Notes: a model not told the origin generated them from the sequence alone. Positions 1 through 9,997 are shown, counted from the first letter of the stretch. The stretch is DNA of 64,000 nt from Candidatus Latescibacterota bacterium (GCA_965204375.1 OZ241986.1:2848001-2912000), one strand, 5' to 3'. A program made the numbers and translations.

Positions 1-534
1 GACGTATTTCGCTGGCCACGCAATCGCATGGTCACCGCCTTAATGCTCGCCTTTATCATCGGCTTTGCCGTCTCAATTATCTACACCCTCAACCTCTGTT
101 ACGGCGCGACCGGTGCCGCCAACATCCGCCACGTCTTTGTATTCGGAGGGTACAGCCAGCGCATGTTTGACCGCGTCGTCTCCTGGGCATCGGAGCCGAC
201 CTCTTTTGGCCGCGTTGAATGGCAATTTCTGGCTGCTGGCGCGCTCGGCACCCTGTTTTTGAGCCTCATGCGCCTGCGCTTTGCGTGGTGGCCCCTCCAT
301 CCGGTGGGATTCACAGTGGGATATGTCTATCCCGTCAGGGTTACCGCCTTCACCGTCTTCCTCGTCTGGGCATTCAAATCCATCGTATTGCGCATCGGCG
401 GCATTCGGCTCTACCGCAATTTGCAACCCTTCTTCATCGGCCTCTTAATCGGCTACACCCTCGGCGTTGGCCTTTCCACACTCGTAGATCACATCTACTT
501 CCCCGGCAACGGCCACATGGTGCATTCGTGGTAA
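1..534 (+). CDS. DUF6785/DUF6784-type multi-pass membrane protein, C-terminal part (5' truncated by window)
   Basis: Frame open from base 1; hydrophobic; WWPLHPVG, GGIRLYR..PFFIGL and FPGNGH motifs shared with the paralog at 6729-8657. Confidence 0.75.
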   Translation, partial: DVFRWPRNRMVTALMLAFIIGFAVSIIYTLNLCYGATGAANIRHVFVFGGYSQRMFDRVVSWASEPTSFGRVEWQFLAAGALGTLFLSLMRLRFAWWPLHPVGFTVGYVYPVRVTAFTVFLVWAFKSIVLRIGGIRLYRNLQPFFIGLLIGYTLGVGLSTLVDHIYFPGNGHMVHSW

Positions 535-537
535 GGG

Positions 538-656
538 ACGAATCAGCGAATCAACGAATCAACGAACCCCGCCCATCCTCCCAAAGCATGTGCTGACATG
601 ATGTAAGTCAGTATCAGTGTATTCCATTCGTCTATTCGTCTATTCGTCTATTCGCC
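538..656. repeat. Octamer-armed intergenic element: (CGAATCAR)x3 - CGAACCCCGCCC core - (TTCGTCTA)x3
   Basis: Read directly; related copy at 9869-9985. Confidence 0.85.
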
Positions 657-690
657 AAAAAGGGTCGCCATCGCGCGATGACACCCCCTT
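657..690 (-). terminator. Intrinsic terminator for the minus-strand block ending in the sulfatase
   Basis: Minus-strand hairpin GGGTGTCATCG-CG-CGATGGCGACCC followed by a T run, just after the stop at 696. Confidence 0.65.
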
Positions 691-695
691 TCAAT

Positions 696-2204
696 TCAGG
701 CTGGCTCTCGAAATGCCTGTTCCCGGATAGTATTTACATACGGATGCCCCGTCTCCTCCAACCAGTTCAAAATCCGATCTCGCATCGATGCGGCACGCGC
801 GCGATCCCGATACGCCAGATTGTATTCCTCAAGAGGATCATCCGCCAGATTGTAAAGCTCGTCCAGATCGCGCTGATCACCACCTAAAGGCTTCCAATTC
901 AGCACAAACTTCCACGTTCCCTGCCTGAGCATCACACCGCGATTCATCAAATCTGTAAAAATCTCTTCTCGCGCAACATCGCGCACGCCCCGCAAAATAC
1001 CGCCTATACTCTCGCCATCCACCCCATCGGGAATATCCATACCCGCCAGATCCAGCAGCGTGGGCATCACATCCACACTGCTATTCAAAGAAGTATTCAC
1101 AGACCCCGCCTCAATTCGCCCGGGCCACCGCACCAAACACGGCACCTTCATCAACGTATCGTAGCCACAATACGTCAACTTATACACCATACCAAACTGC
1201 CCCACCATATCGCCGTGATCTGAAACAAACATCACAATCGTATTCTCCGCCTGACCATTGTCATCCAGCGCGTTGAGCACCCGCTCGACTTGTGCGTCGA
1301 TATAACTCACATATCCCCAATAACGCCGAATATAGTCCCGAACCTCATCTCTCGACCAGACATCGCGCACATAAGTGCGATCATGACCCGATTGAAAACG
1401 CGGCTTATCCTCCAATGGCGCGTCGTAATTATCGGGCAGGACGACATCATCCAAATCGTACATCGCATCCCATGGCTCGGGCGGGCAGACGGGCAAATGC
1501 GGTCCGTAAAAAGACAACACCGCACAAAATGGATTGTCCCGATTGGCATTGAGGAACGTCACCATCTCATCGGCAAAAAAGTGTGCCATATGGTGATCCT
1601 CCCCCAACAAACTCACACTGTGCTCCCGATCTGGCGCACTCGGCGCTGCCTGGTGATTGCCCACGCGAGGCGCATTTTTAACCTCATCGGGCAAATTGGT
1701 CGTCTGCAAATACGCTTTGAAATGCTTCCAGCCCCCAACCCAGTGATCAAATCCACTGCGGGGTTCATCCTCGCCCGTGCCGCCTTCCACCTGTACAAAC
1801 TCAAAATCGCGCGTACTATCTACCCGTTTTTGCACCCAGCAATCGTCAAACGGACCGCGTCCTGAAAGCTCGCGATACATATTCCCCCCCAAATGCCACT
1901 TGCCAATCCACGCGGTTTTATAGCCCGCATCGCGAAATGTATTGCCAATTGACGGCAACGCATCGTCTAATTCCACATTATTAGTCATCACCCCGTGATT
2001 GTGCGTATAGCGCCCGGTCAAATACGTCGCCCGAGACGGCGTACACGGAAACGCCGCAATATAAAAATTGTCAAACCGCATGCCCTCCTGTGCCAGACGG
2101 TCCTGCGCGGGTGTCTCAACAACCGAATTGCCATAACAGCCGATAGTCGATACGGGTTGCTGATCCGTCATAATCAAAAGTACGTTGGGACGATCACTGG
2201 ACAT
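696..2204 (-). CDS. Formylglycine-dependent (Cys-type) sulfatase
   Basis: RPNVLLIMTDQ, CTPSRATYLTG (CxPxR), GKWHLG, SDHG, ELYNLADDPLE. Confidence 0.95.
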   Translation of the reverse strand: MSSDRPNVLLIMTDQQPVSTIGCYGNSVVETPAQDRLAQEGMRFDNFYIAAFPCTPSRATYLTGRYTHNHGVMTNNVELDDALPSIGNTFRDAGYKTAWIGKWHLGGNMYRELSGRGPFDDCWVQKRVDSTRDFEFVQVEGGTGEDEPRSGFDHWVGGWKHFKAYLQTTNLPDEVKNAPRVGNHQAAPSAPDREHSVSLLGEDHHMAHFFADEMVTFLNANRDNPFCAVLSFYGPHLPVCPPEPWDAMYDLDDVVLPDNYDAPLEDKPRFQSGHDRTYVRDVWSRDEVRDYIRRYWGYVSYIDAQVERVLNALDDNGQAENTIVMFVSDHGDMVGQFGMVYKLTYCGYDTLMKVPCLVRWPGRIEAGSVNTSLNSSVDVMPTLLDLAGMDIPDGVDGESIGGILRGVRDVAREEIFTDLMNRGVMLRQGTWKFVLNWKPLGGDQRDLDELYNLADDPLEEYNLAYRDRARAASMRDRILNWLEETGHPYVNTIREQAFREPA

Positions 2205-2219
2205 CGCAAACCTCTCCTT

Positions 2220-3290
2220 CTACGCCAAAAACTTCAGGCAAACGGGCATAGGCACTTCCACGACATGCCCGGTCTCTGTCAATTTTCCGGTCTCTCGGTC
2301 AATGGCGAAAGAAACAATTGTATCGCTACTTTGATTCTCCGCGAGCAAGTAATTGCCATCGGGCGAAAGCGCGATATTGCGAGGCGTCTCTCCTCCAGTG
2401 GGATGAATATCGACCGGCGTCAAGTGACCACTGGACTCGTCAACCGCAAAAATGGCGACACTATCGTGACCGCGATTTGACCCATACACAAACTTGCCAT
2501 CGGATGAAACGTGAATATCCGCCGTATGACTCGTATCTGAAAAATCGCCGGGCAATGTGGCGATAGATTGCAACTCGGTCAACGCGCCGGTCTCTGCATC
2601 ATAGGCGTACGCATTGACAGTATTTCCGATTTCATTGATCAGATAAGCGTATTGTCCCCCGGGGTGAAAAGCAAAATGGCGCGGTCCCTCACCCGGCGCA
2701 ACAGAGACAGATGGCGGGTCATTCGCAACGAGTTTGCCGTTTTCGAGATCAAGCTCGAAAATCAACACCTTGTCCAAACCGAGATCGGCAACATAAACGC
2801 GCTTGTTATCCGGTGAAATATTCGCAGAATGGGCGTGGGGACCTTGCTGCCGTTGCGGATTGACACTACTGCCCTCGTGCTGAATAAAATCCGACGCTTC
2901 GCCCAACGCACCGTCTTCCCCAATGGGCAACATACAGGTGCTGCCCCCACCGTAATTTGCCACCACAGCATAGCGACCCGTCGCATCGATATTCAAATGG
3001 CAGGGACCCGTGCCTACAGTCGATTGCCGGTTGATAAACGCGAGTTCTGCAGCCTCTGCATCAATGGCATAAGCACTAATCGCCCCTGCGCTCTCGCCAT
3101 TGTATTCACTGATCTCATTGACCGCATAGAGAAATCGTTCATTGGGATGAATGGCGAGAAATGTCGGATTCTCACTCTCGATGCTATTCGCCGGAATGAG
3201 TTCACCGGTCTCGGTATTGAATCGGTGAACGTAAATACCTTTGCTGCCCGTGCGAGTATAGGTACCAATAAAAGCGATGGTATTGCTCAT
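2220..3290 (-). CDS. pgl: 6-phosphogluconolactonase (beta-propeller lactonase)
   Basis: GTYT, ANYGGG, PHAH, DLGLD, GPRH, SNRGHDS, TPRN motifs. Confidence 0.9.
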   Translation of the reverse strand: MSNTIAFIGTYTRTGSKGIYVHRFNTETGELIPANSIESENPTFLAIHPNERFLYAVNEISEYNGESAGAISAYAIDAEAAELAFINRQSTVGTGPCHLNIDATGRYAVVANYGGGSTCMLPIGEDGALGEASDFIQHEGSSVNPQRQQGPHAHSANISPDNKRVYVADLGLDKVLIFELDLENGKLVANDPPSVSVAPGEGPRHFAFHPGGQYAYLINEIGNTVNAYAYDAETGALTELQSIATLPGDFSDTSHTADIHVSSDGKFVYGSNRGHDSVAIFAVDESSGHLTPVDIHPTGGETPRNIALSPDGNYLLAENQSSDTIVSFAIDRETGKLTETGHVVEVPMPVCLKFLA

Positions 3291-3302
3291 GGGAAATCTC
3301 CT

Positions 3303-4397
3303 TTAATGACTCAAAATATCGACGACCATATCACCAAAATCACTCGTCGAAAGAACATTCTTGGGATCGGTTATTTCTGAGGCGAGTTCAGAAGTGGCAT
3401 ACCCTCTTTCGAGAATATCAAACATAGCATTCCACAAAGCGTCGGACTCCTCTTTGAGACCCAGACATTTATCCAGCAAAAATGCAATACTGCCAATCAT
3501 AGAATAGGGATTGGCGATATTTTGACCCGCGATATCGGGTGCCGAGCCGTGCGCCGGTTCCACATAGCCCTTTTCCGGACCCATACACGCCGAAGGCATC
3601 AAACCGAGAGAACCGAGCAAACCACCTGCCTGATCGGTCAGAATATCGCCTTGCATATTTTCCAAAAGCATAACCCCGTTGAATTGCGTGGGATCTCTGA
3701 CGAGTTGAAAAGCCGCATTATCGACGATAATCGACACACATTCGACATCGTCGTATTCTTTTGCCATATCTTCGATAATCGCATCCCAGAGCCGAGACGT
3801 CGCCAGCACATTGGATTTGTGGACATGGGTCATCTTAACACCGAGACGTCGGGCTTCATCAAACGCAATTTTCCCAATCGCGCGTACCTGTTCTTCGGTA
3901 TAAATACAATCGTCACGCGCGTATTTCATACCCGTGGCAGTACCCTCTTCTTTCTCCCCAAAATAAATACCACCCACCAGTTCCCGAATCATGAGAATAT
4001 CAATACCCTCTCCAATGACACTATCGCGCAAAGGTGAAAATGACGCGAGAGATTTGGGCAGCCTGACCGGGCGATAATTGGCATACGTATTAAAACGCTT
4101 TCGCAAAGGCAGAATAGCCCCGAGTTCCGGACGCGACTCCTGTGGAATTTTCTTCGTCTCTTCAATGGAAAGCCCCACCGGACCTTTGATAATCGCGTCT
4201 GCCCGATCACACAGGGCTTTTGTCTCATCGGGAAACGGACTACCCTCATCAAAATACGATGCCGCACCAAAAGGCGCGTATTCCAGCACAAATTCGTGAT
4301 CGAACTTTTTTTCAATCGTGCGAAGAGCTTTAATCCCTTCGCGTACAATCTCGGGACCAATGCCGTCGCCTTCGAGCACGGCGAGGGTTTTTTTCAT
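3303..4397 (-). CDS. leuB: 3-isopropylmalate dehydrogenase
   Basis: GDGIGPEI, NYRP, RELVGGIYFG, GSLGLMPSA, EPAHGSAPDIAG. Confidence 0.9.
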   Translation of the reverse strand: MKKTLAVLEGDGIGPEIVREGIKALRTIEKKFDHEFVLEYAPFGAASYFDEGSPFPDETKALCDRADAIIKGPVGLSIEETKKIPQESRPELGAILPLRKRFNTYANYRPVRLPKSLASFSPLRDSVIGEGIDILMIRELVGGIYFGEKEEGTATGMKYARDDCIYTEEQVRAIGKIAFDEARRLGVKMTHVHKSNVLATSRLWDAIIEDMAKEYDDVECVSIIVDNAAFQLVRDPTQFNGVMLLENMQGDILTDQAGGLLGSLGLMPSACMGPEKGYVEPAHGSAPDIAGQNIANPYSMIGSIAFLLDKCLGLKEESDALWNAMFDILERGYATSELASEITDPKNVLSTSDFGDMVVDILSH

Positions 4398-4423
4398 AAT
4401 AAACCTTTCTGTTTAATTAAAAA

Positions 4424-5170
4424 TTACGAGTTAAGAGCAAGGCTAACTTCCGATGCCGCCTCTCTATCTAAAATAAACGTACAATCCGAATGTGTCTGTA
4501 AAAAACTCGCCGGACAGGCCGGATGCGGGACCCCCTGAACAGCGCGAGCAATCGCTCCTGCCTTATCTGTACCCGTCGCCAGAAGGATAATGCGCTTCGC
4601 CTCGCAAATCGTCGCAATCCCCGCGGTGAGCGCCTGTTTGGGCACATCTTCAACACGCTCGAAAAAGCGACTATTCGCCGCAATCGTACTCTCGGTCAAA
4701 TCGACCAGACGGGTGCGAGAATCGGGCGCACTGCCAGGCTCATTAAAAGCAATATGTCCATTGCGACCAATGCCGAGCAACCACAGATCCACACCGCCAC
4801 ACGCCCGTATCTTAGCCTCAAAAGCCCTGCACTCGAGATCGGCATCCACTGCCATGCCATTGGGTACATGCGTATTCCACAATTGAATATCAGTATCTGA
4901 AAAAAACGTGTGATTCATAAAAAAACGATAACTCTGCGGATGCGTGCCATCAAGCCCCCAGTACTCATCGAGATTAAAGGCCGTCAGCCCCGAAAAACTC
5001 AGCCCCCCCTGATTCATCCGCACGAGTTCCGCATAAGTCCTCACTGGCGTTGATCCCGTCGCCAAACCCAGCACAGCATCTGGCTTCTGGCGAATAAGCG
5101 CGGCAATTTCCGATGCGGCAGCGCGGGCCACATCGTCGGGCGTATGGCAAATTTTCACTTGAATAGGCAT
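4424..5170 (-). CDS. nagB: Glucosamine-6-phosphate deaminase
   Basis: LGLATGSTP, NLDEY, HPQSY, GIGRNGHIAFNEP. Confidence 0.95.
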   Translation of the reverse strand: MPIQVKICHTPDDVARAAASEIAALIRQKPDAVLGLATGSTPVRTYAELVRMNQGGLSFSGLTAFNLDEYWGLDGTHPQSYRFFMNHTFFSDTDIQLWNTHVPNGMAVDADLECRAFEAKIRACGGVDLWLLGIGRNGHIAFNEPGSAPDSRTRLVDLTESTIAANSRFFERVEDVPKQALTAGIATICEAKRIILLATGTDKAGAIARAVQGVPHPACPASFLQTHSDCTFILDREAASEVSLALNS

Positions 5171-5180
5171 AGATCAGAAA

Positions 5181-6725
5181 TCACGCTCGGCGCAGCACCT
5201 GGCCTGGTAACGCACCTGTGGGTTCTCCATTGGCAATGACGGACTGTCCGTTGACAAAAACATGCGAAATACCGACTGGCGACAGCGTGGGATTTTCAAA
5301 AGTAGATCTCGCAGCCACCGTATCGGGATCAAAAACAACGAGATCTGCGGCCTTGCCCACAGCGAGTTCGCCCCGGTCGGGAATATTGAACCGCTGCGCG
5401 GGAAAACCGCTCATCTTGTAGATCGCTTCCTCAAAAGTCAGCAACTCGCGCTCGCGCACAAAATGACCCAGCACGCGCGCAAAACACCCAAAACCCCGCG
5501 GATGCGGATGCGGAATATTAAAAATACCATCACTGGCAATCATCATACGCGGATGTGTGGCCGTGCGCGTCACGGTCTGCACGGCTACTTCGGGATCAAC
5601 CTGCCAGGGAAAAATAACGGCATGATCTTCGCGCTCTTGAAAAATCAGATCGTAGGCAAAATCTTCGAGAGATATATTTGCCCGAGCCGCGAGATCGCAC
5701 AGGCGTTCTCCCGTGTACTTGCCCGAGCCAGTGTAACCCACAATTTGATCGCCGCGCCCGAGCCATGTCTTGAGTTCGGCGATGGACTCAGCACGAATCT
5801 CTGGGTCTTCGAGACGCGCATTGACCTCATCTGGGCTACCGACCTGAAATTTCATGGGCAACATCATATACAAATGGGTCATCCCGGCTGGATAGAGATA
5901 GGATTCAAATGTCAAATCGATATCTTCCCGCTCGATTCTCTCCAGCAAATCGGCATTCTCATCGTTGACCCTCTCGTGCGAAATATGAACCGGGATATTT
6001 GCAGCACGGGAAAGCGCGATGGTCTCTTCCCATGCAGCAACGCGCCCAATCGTGTGATAGCGCACATGAGCCGCGTAAATACCTCCGTATTCCGCCGCGA
6101 CTTTGCAAAGCGCGACAAGCTCCCGAAAATCTGCATTGGCACTCGGCTGATAATCGAGCCCCAGATTGAGCGCGCCAGCCCCCACCTCCATCCACTGGCG
6201 CGTGAGATCCGCCATCCGCGCAATCTCATCATCTGTTGCCGGTCGCGCATCCCACCCGCATGCAGACAAGCGAACCGCGCAATGAGGAACTTGCGGATAC
6301 ACATTTGCCGGGCTGTTATTGGGAAAAAGACTCAGATAATCCTCAGGCGTTTGCCAGCCAATCGGTATATCGACCTCGCCAACGGAAAAGCGCGTATATG
6401 TCCACAATGCTCGCGTGCGCTCGGGCGACAGCCCCGTCCATCCAAACCCATCGGGCGTCAGAAGTTGCGTGGTAATGCCCTGCCGCACCTCGGCATAGCG
6501 GTGAACACCTGTGAGAAGAGCGATCTCCGAATGAACGTGCACATCGATAAAACCGGGACAGACGATCTGTCCCGTCGCGTCAATAACCGTATCGGCCTCT
6601 GACTGAGACAAATCGCCAATGGCCTCAATGCGATCACTGCAAATGCCAACATCCGCCTGAAAACCGGGCGTTCGGCCCGTGCCGTCAATCACTGTGCTGT
6701 TGCGAATAATCAGATCAAAAGTCAC
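5181..6725 (-). CDS. N-acyl-D-amino-acid deacylase family amidohydrolase
   Basis: PGFIDVHVHS, SDG, PHPRGFG, ADLVVFDP. Confidence 0.9.
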   Translation of the reverse strand: MTFDLIIRNSTVIDGTGRTPGFQADVGICSDRIEAIGDLSQSEADTVIDATGQIVCPGFIDVHVHSEIALLTGVHRYAEVRQGITTQLLTPDGFGWTGLSPERTRALWTYTRFSVGEVDIPIGWQTPEDYLSLFPNNSPANVYPQVPHCAVRLSACGWDARPATDDEIARMADLTRQWMEVGAGALNLGLDYQPSANADFRELVALCKVAAEYGGIYAAHVRYHTIGRVAAWEETIALSRAANIPVHISHERVNDENADLLERIEREDIDLTFESYLYPAGMTHLYMMLPMKFQVGSPDEVNARLEDPEIRAESIAELKTWLGRGDQIVGYTGSGKYTGERLCDLAARANISLEDFAYDLIFQEREDHAVIFPWQVDPEVAVQTVTRTATHPRMMIASDGIFNIPHPHPRGFGCFARVLGHFVRERELLTFEEAIYKMSGFPAQRFNIPDRGELAVGKAADLVVFDPDTVAARSTFENPTLSPVGISHVFVNGQSVIANGEPTGALPGQVLRRA

Positions 6726-6728
6726 TTT

Positions 6729-8657
6729 TTACCACCTGTTGAGTTTGTGGCCATTGCCCGGGAAAAAAAGCGCATCCACAACAACGCCCAATGCAATACC
6801 GGCAATTTGACCGGCGAGCATACCCAGAAACAAAGGCGCGATTTTGCGATAGAGTTCAAGACCGCCAAATTTGAGAACGAGCGTTTTAATCGCCCAGCTA
6901 AAGAAAATAGAAAAAAGGCTACTGCGCAAGACACCTGACGATGAAATCGTAAACCCAATCGGATGAAGTGGAAAGTGGGGAAAGCGATAGCGGATATAGA
7001 GCAAAATACCTGTAAAAACGGCGCCAATACCCAAAAAACGCACGCGATTCCAATCCGTACTCATCGTCCCGGCGTGTATGCGGTTGGCGGTATAAGTCCA
7101 CGAACCCACGGCACCATCAGCGGACCCATTAAAACTAACCACCCCAAAATTATAGCTGCCAATACCGTAATAACCCTGATAGAGAGTAAAAGCAATAACA
7201 GTGGTTGCGCCGATCAGTGCACCTGTGGCAATCGCGGGAACAAAAGCGCGGCGGCGTTCGGCGGGCACAACCGCGGCCAGACGAGGGACATGCGCCAGCG
7301 TTGTAATCGCAAAAGTTTTGGCATCGCAAAAAAATGTGTACGTCAGCCCCAGTGCAACAGCGCTCGGCGCCCCCATACCCGCAGCACCAAGGACATGCCA
7401 GGTAAATGCCTGAGCAGTAATAGGACCGCGCAAAAATACCAGACCGCTCTCGGCGATAATATGTGCAAGACCGAGATAGAGAATCAGCGTAGCCCCCCAA
7501 AAGGTGAGTAAGGTAAGGACATTCATACCCGATTGCACGAGAAAGAAAACCGTATAAATACTGCACAAGATCAAAATAATAAACGCCGTGCGATAGGATA
7601 AAAGTTCCCCCTCATCATCTATCTGCGTATTGCGAGACCACACCTTGTGCCAGACATCGCGCAAATGTGCGCGCGCCATCCACAGCCCCCACAGAACGAG
7701 AACAATAAAACCACCAAAACTCTGCCACCCAATAGCCGGGGCCATAGAACACCACATATCGGAACCGCCAAAATCCAATCCAAAGCGATTGAAAATGCCA
7801 ACCTGAAGAATCGCGAGCAGGTGAAAAAACCAGATGCTGTACAACACATCTGATTTCGTGAAATAGGCAAATGCAATCGTCATCGGCTGAAAGAGAAACC
7901 ACAGCGGTGGAAAACCGCGACCAATGGGGATATTGATCTGCCTCATAACATCCAGACGGGGCAATGCCGTGACAAACCATGAGGCGACATTCCAGCAAAA
8001 AACGCCAAAAATGAGCGCAAATCCAATCTGAAAAAAGCGCGAGCGAACGAGGTTGGCAAACGCATCTTTTGAATTACCCGTACCCGTCAGTTCGAGAAGT
8101 GCCGTGGCAATGGGAAAAGAGAGCCGTTCGTATTCCATCCACTGTTTGCGAAGGAGAATGACCACACAGAAATTGGCGAGAAATACAGCGCCCAAAAAAA
8201 GGACCCAGCCGGGAAAAAGTGCGATCCACGCATCCCAGGGAAAAGGGGCACCGGGCGGCAGCCCTTCGTAAAACCCCGTAGCCGCAGCGCGGTCTGTCAG
8301 CACATTCCACTCGGTAAAATACGGCCATAGCCTTTCGGCCCACATATTTTGCGTTGAAGCAAAATAAATGGGTGCAGTAACAACGCCGAGAAAATAACCC
8401 GAAAGCCACTCGCCTTGCATATTGGCAGCCACCATGCCAATGCTACATATCGCGATGAGCTCAAAGGACGAGAGGCCCCTGAATCTGCGCGAAAAAACGT
8501 GATTAAAAGCGAGCAAGGCCAAAAAGGGAATGAGAAAAGCCACAGACAAATGGGCAAAATCCCCACGGGAAGAACGCAGAATCAGGCTGCTATACGCAGG
8601 CCAAAAATTCACCCAAACAGACAAGCAAAGGCCAATAATGAGAGCGCGAATGGTCAT
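6729..8657 (-). CDS. DUF6785/DUF6784-type multi-pass membrane protein
   Basis: About 15 or more hydrophobic segments; RKQWMEYERLSFP, FPLHPIG, FPGNGH. Confidence 0.75.
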   Translation of the reverse strand: MTIRALIIGLCLSVWVNFWPAYSSLILRSSRGDFAHLSVAFLIPFLALLAFNHVFSRRFRGLSSFELIAICSIGMVAANMQGEWLSGYFLGVVTAPIYFASTQNMWAERLWPYFTEWNVLTDRAAATGFYEGLPPGAPFPWDAWIALFPGWVLFLGAVFLANFCVVILLRKQWMEYERLSFPIATALLELTGTGNSKDAFANLVRSRFFQIGFALIFGVFCWNVASWFVTALPRLDVMRQINIPIGRGFPPLWFLFQPMTIAFAYFTKSDVLYSIWFFHLLAILQVGIFNRFGLDFGGSDMWCSMAPAIGWQSFGGFIVLVLWGLWMARAHLRDVWHKVWSRNTQIDDEGELLSYRTAFIILILCSIYTVFFLVQSGMNVLTLLTFWGATLILYLGLAHIIAESGLVFLRGPITAQAFTWHVLGAAGMGAPSAVALGLTYTFFCDAKTFAITTLAHVPRLAAVVPAERRRAFVPAIATGALIGATTVIAFTLYQGYYGIGSYNFGVVSFNGSADGAVGSWTYTANRIHAGTMSTDWNRVRFLGIGAVFTGILLYIRYRFPHFPLHPIGFTISSSGVLRSSLFSIFFSWAIKTLVLKFGGLELYRKIAPLFLGMLAGQIAGIALGVVVDALFFPGNGHKLNRW

Positions 8658-8781
8658 AGGACACTGAAATATGGAGAGAGAAAAAAAAGGGCGTCCATAA
8701 TAACACTGAGAACAGCGTCGGTCAAGCTGCGTAAAGAACTGGAGACTGGGATGAGGGGCCTGATAACTGGATACCGACCAC

Positions 8782-9699
8782 TTATTTCATTGCCAGATCA
8801 TCGAGCCATTGTGTCACGCTGTGTTGATTGCCCTGGATAAAAACAGGCGCGAGAGACCCGCGGGCGTGCAGGGCGTGGATGAGACGGTCAATGGCGATGA
8901 GTTGTTCGCCGGGAGTTTTGCACCGGGGCCAGTGGCTCACAAATTGGCGAATGGGCGCGAGATTGCCCGTGTGTGCATATCTGTCGTATTGTTTTTTCCA
9001 CGATTGCCATGTGAAGGCGTGACCACAGGCCGCGCAATTTAAGTATTCAACCTTGCGCTTTTGCCGTTTTGTGAAAACTTGCCATTTTTTCTCATAACCA
9101 CAGTGCGTGCAACAAAACATAGCGGACGTGTATTCGCCTTGCCTTTTGCAGTTGGGACATGTGAGATCCCAATGAGAAGACACCTTTCTTGTATTGGATG
9201 ATCCCAATTTTGAAGATGGTGGCTTGCGTAAGATATTGTTGCAATGCGGGCAAGGGAGTCGCACGCGGTGTTTGATGGATTGACGATATTTCTGCCATGT
9301 CCAGATCTGTTTGCAGGAAGAACAGGTGAGCGTGTTAGTGCTATAATTCCATGCCAATATTTTGCGACAATCAAAGCAGCGCGGGTGGTTGCGAAGTGCG
9401 TCTCTGCAATCGTGCCAGGTTATTTTTTCTCCACAGATTGGACATGAGAATTGCGATGCAGATGGTTGAGCAGAAGGTCGTTCCCGATAGAAGTTCCGCC
9501 GATAGACGATTTGGTCGCACTGTGGACAGGGTACCTGGCCTCGCCTGGCCTGTCCAAACATCAAGACTGCTTCGCCGCGTGCGTAGAGGCCCCACCCAAT
9601 GTGCATGAGTTTGTCCTCGTCGAAAATACCGCGGCGTATGCACTGATAGAGTTGGCGGACGCGCCAGGGTTTAAGGCGAGGTGTCCCTTGCATGGTCAT
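8782..9699 (-). CDS. Basic multi-zinc-ribbon protein of unknown function
   Basis: 305 aa with eight CxxC motifs; AAGGA RBS before the start. Confidence 0.8.
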   Translation of the reverse strand: MTMQGTPRLKPWRVRQLYQCIRRGIFDEDKLMHIGWGLYARGEAVLMFGQARRGQVPCPQCDQIVYRRNFYRERPSAQPSASQFSCPICGEKITWHDCRDALRNHPRCFDCRKILAWNYSTNTLTCSSCKQIWTWQKYRQSIKHRVRLPCPHCNNILRKPPSSKLGSSNTRKVSSHWDLTCPNCKRQGEYTSAMFCCTHCGYEKKWQVFTKRQKRKVEYLNCAACGHAFTWQSWKKQYDRYAHTGNLAPIRQFVSHWPRCKTPGEQLIAIDRLIHALHARGSLAPVFIQGNQHSVTQWLDDLAMK

Positions 9700-9779
9700 A
9701 TCCTTTGTTTGTCGCGTTCTGATCTGAAGATACAGTGCAAAAAGTCCTCACACAAGTCCCCCCTTCCTGTGCCGATACC

Positions 9780-9808
9780 TTGACATGAGAAAAATCGCGA
9801 CTTATCAT
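9780..9808 (+). promoter_or_regulatory. Sigma70-type promoter for the creatininase cluster
   Basis: TTGACA-17 nt-TATCAT. Confidence 0.6.
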
Positions 9809-9868
9809 GAGCGTCCAAAACGCGAATAGACGGAGCGGGATAAAATTGGTCGTTTCTCAGACCAATTC

Positions 9869-9985
9869 ATAGACGAATAGACGAATAGACGAACCCCGCC
9901 CCACCACCCCAAGTCAGCGCGAACTCCGTCGTTGATTCGTAGATTCGCTTGATTCGCTGATTCGTTGATTCGTTGATTCATTCAG
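9869..9985. repeat. Octamer-armed intergenic element: (ATAGACGA)x3 - CGAACCCCGCCC core - about 6 units of TTGATTCG type
   Basis: Read directly; related copy at 538-656. Confidence 0.85.
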
Positions 9986-9997
9986 ACGAGGCTTATT

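Noticed and set aside
5262-6602. Long antisense ORFs (also 52749-53627 and 51969-52703)
   Set aside because: Shadows of well-supported genes on the opposite strand, with no motifs
538-9985. Octamer repeats as a CRISPR array
   Set aside because: Units are 8 bp and contiguous, with no unique spacers and no cas genes in the window
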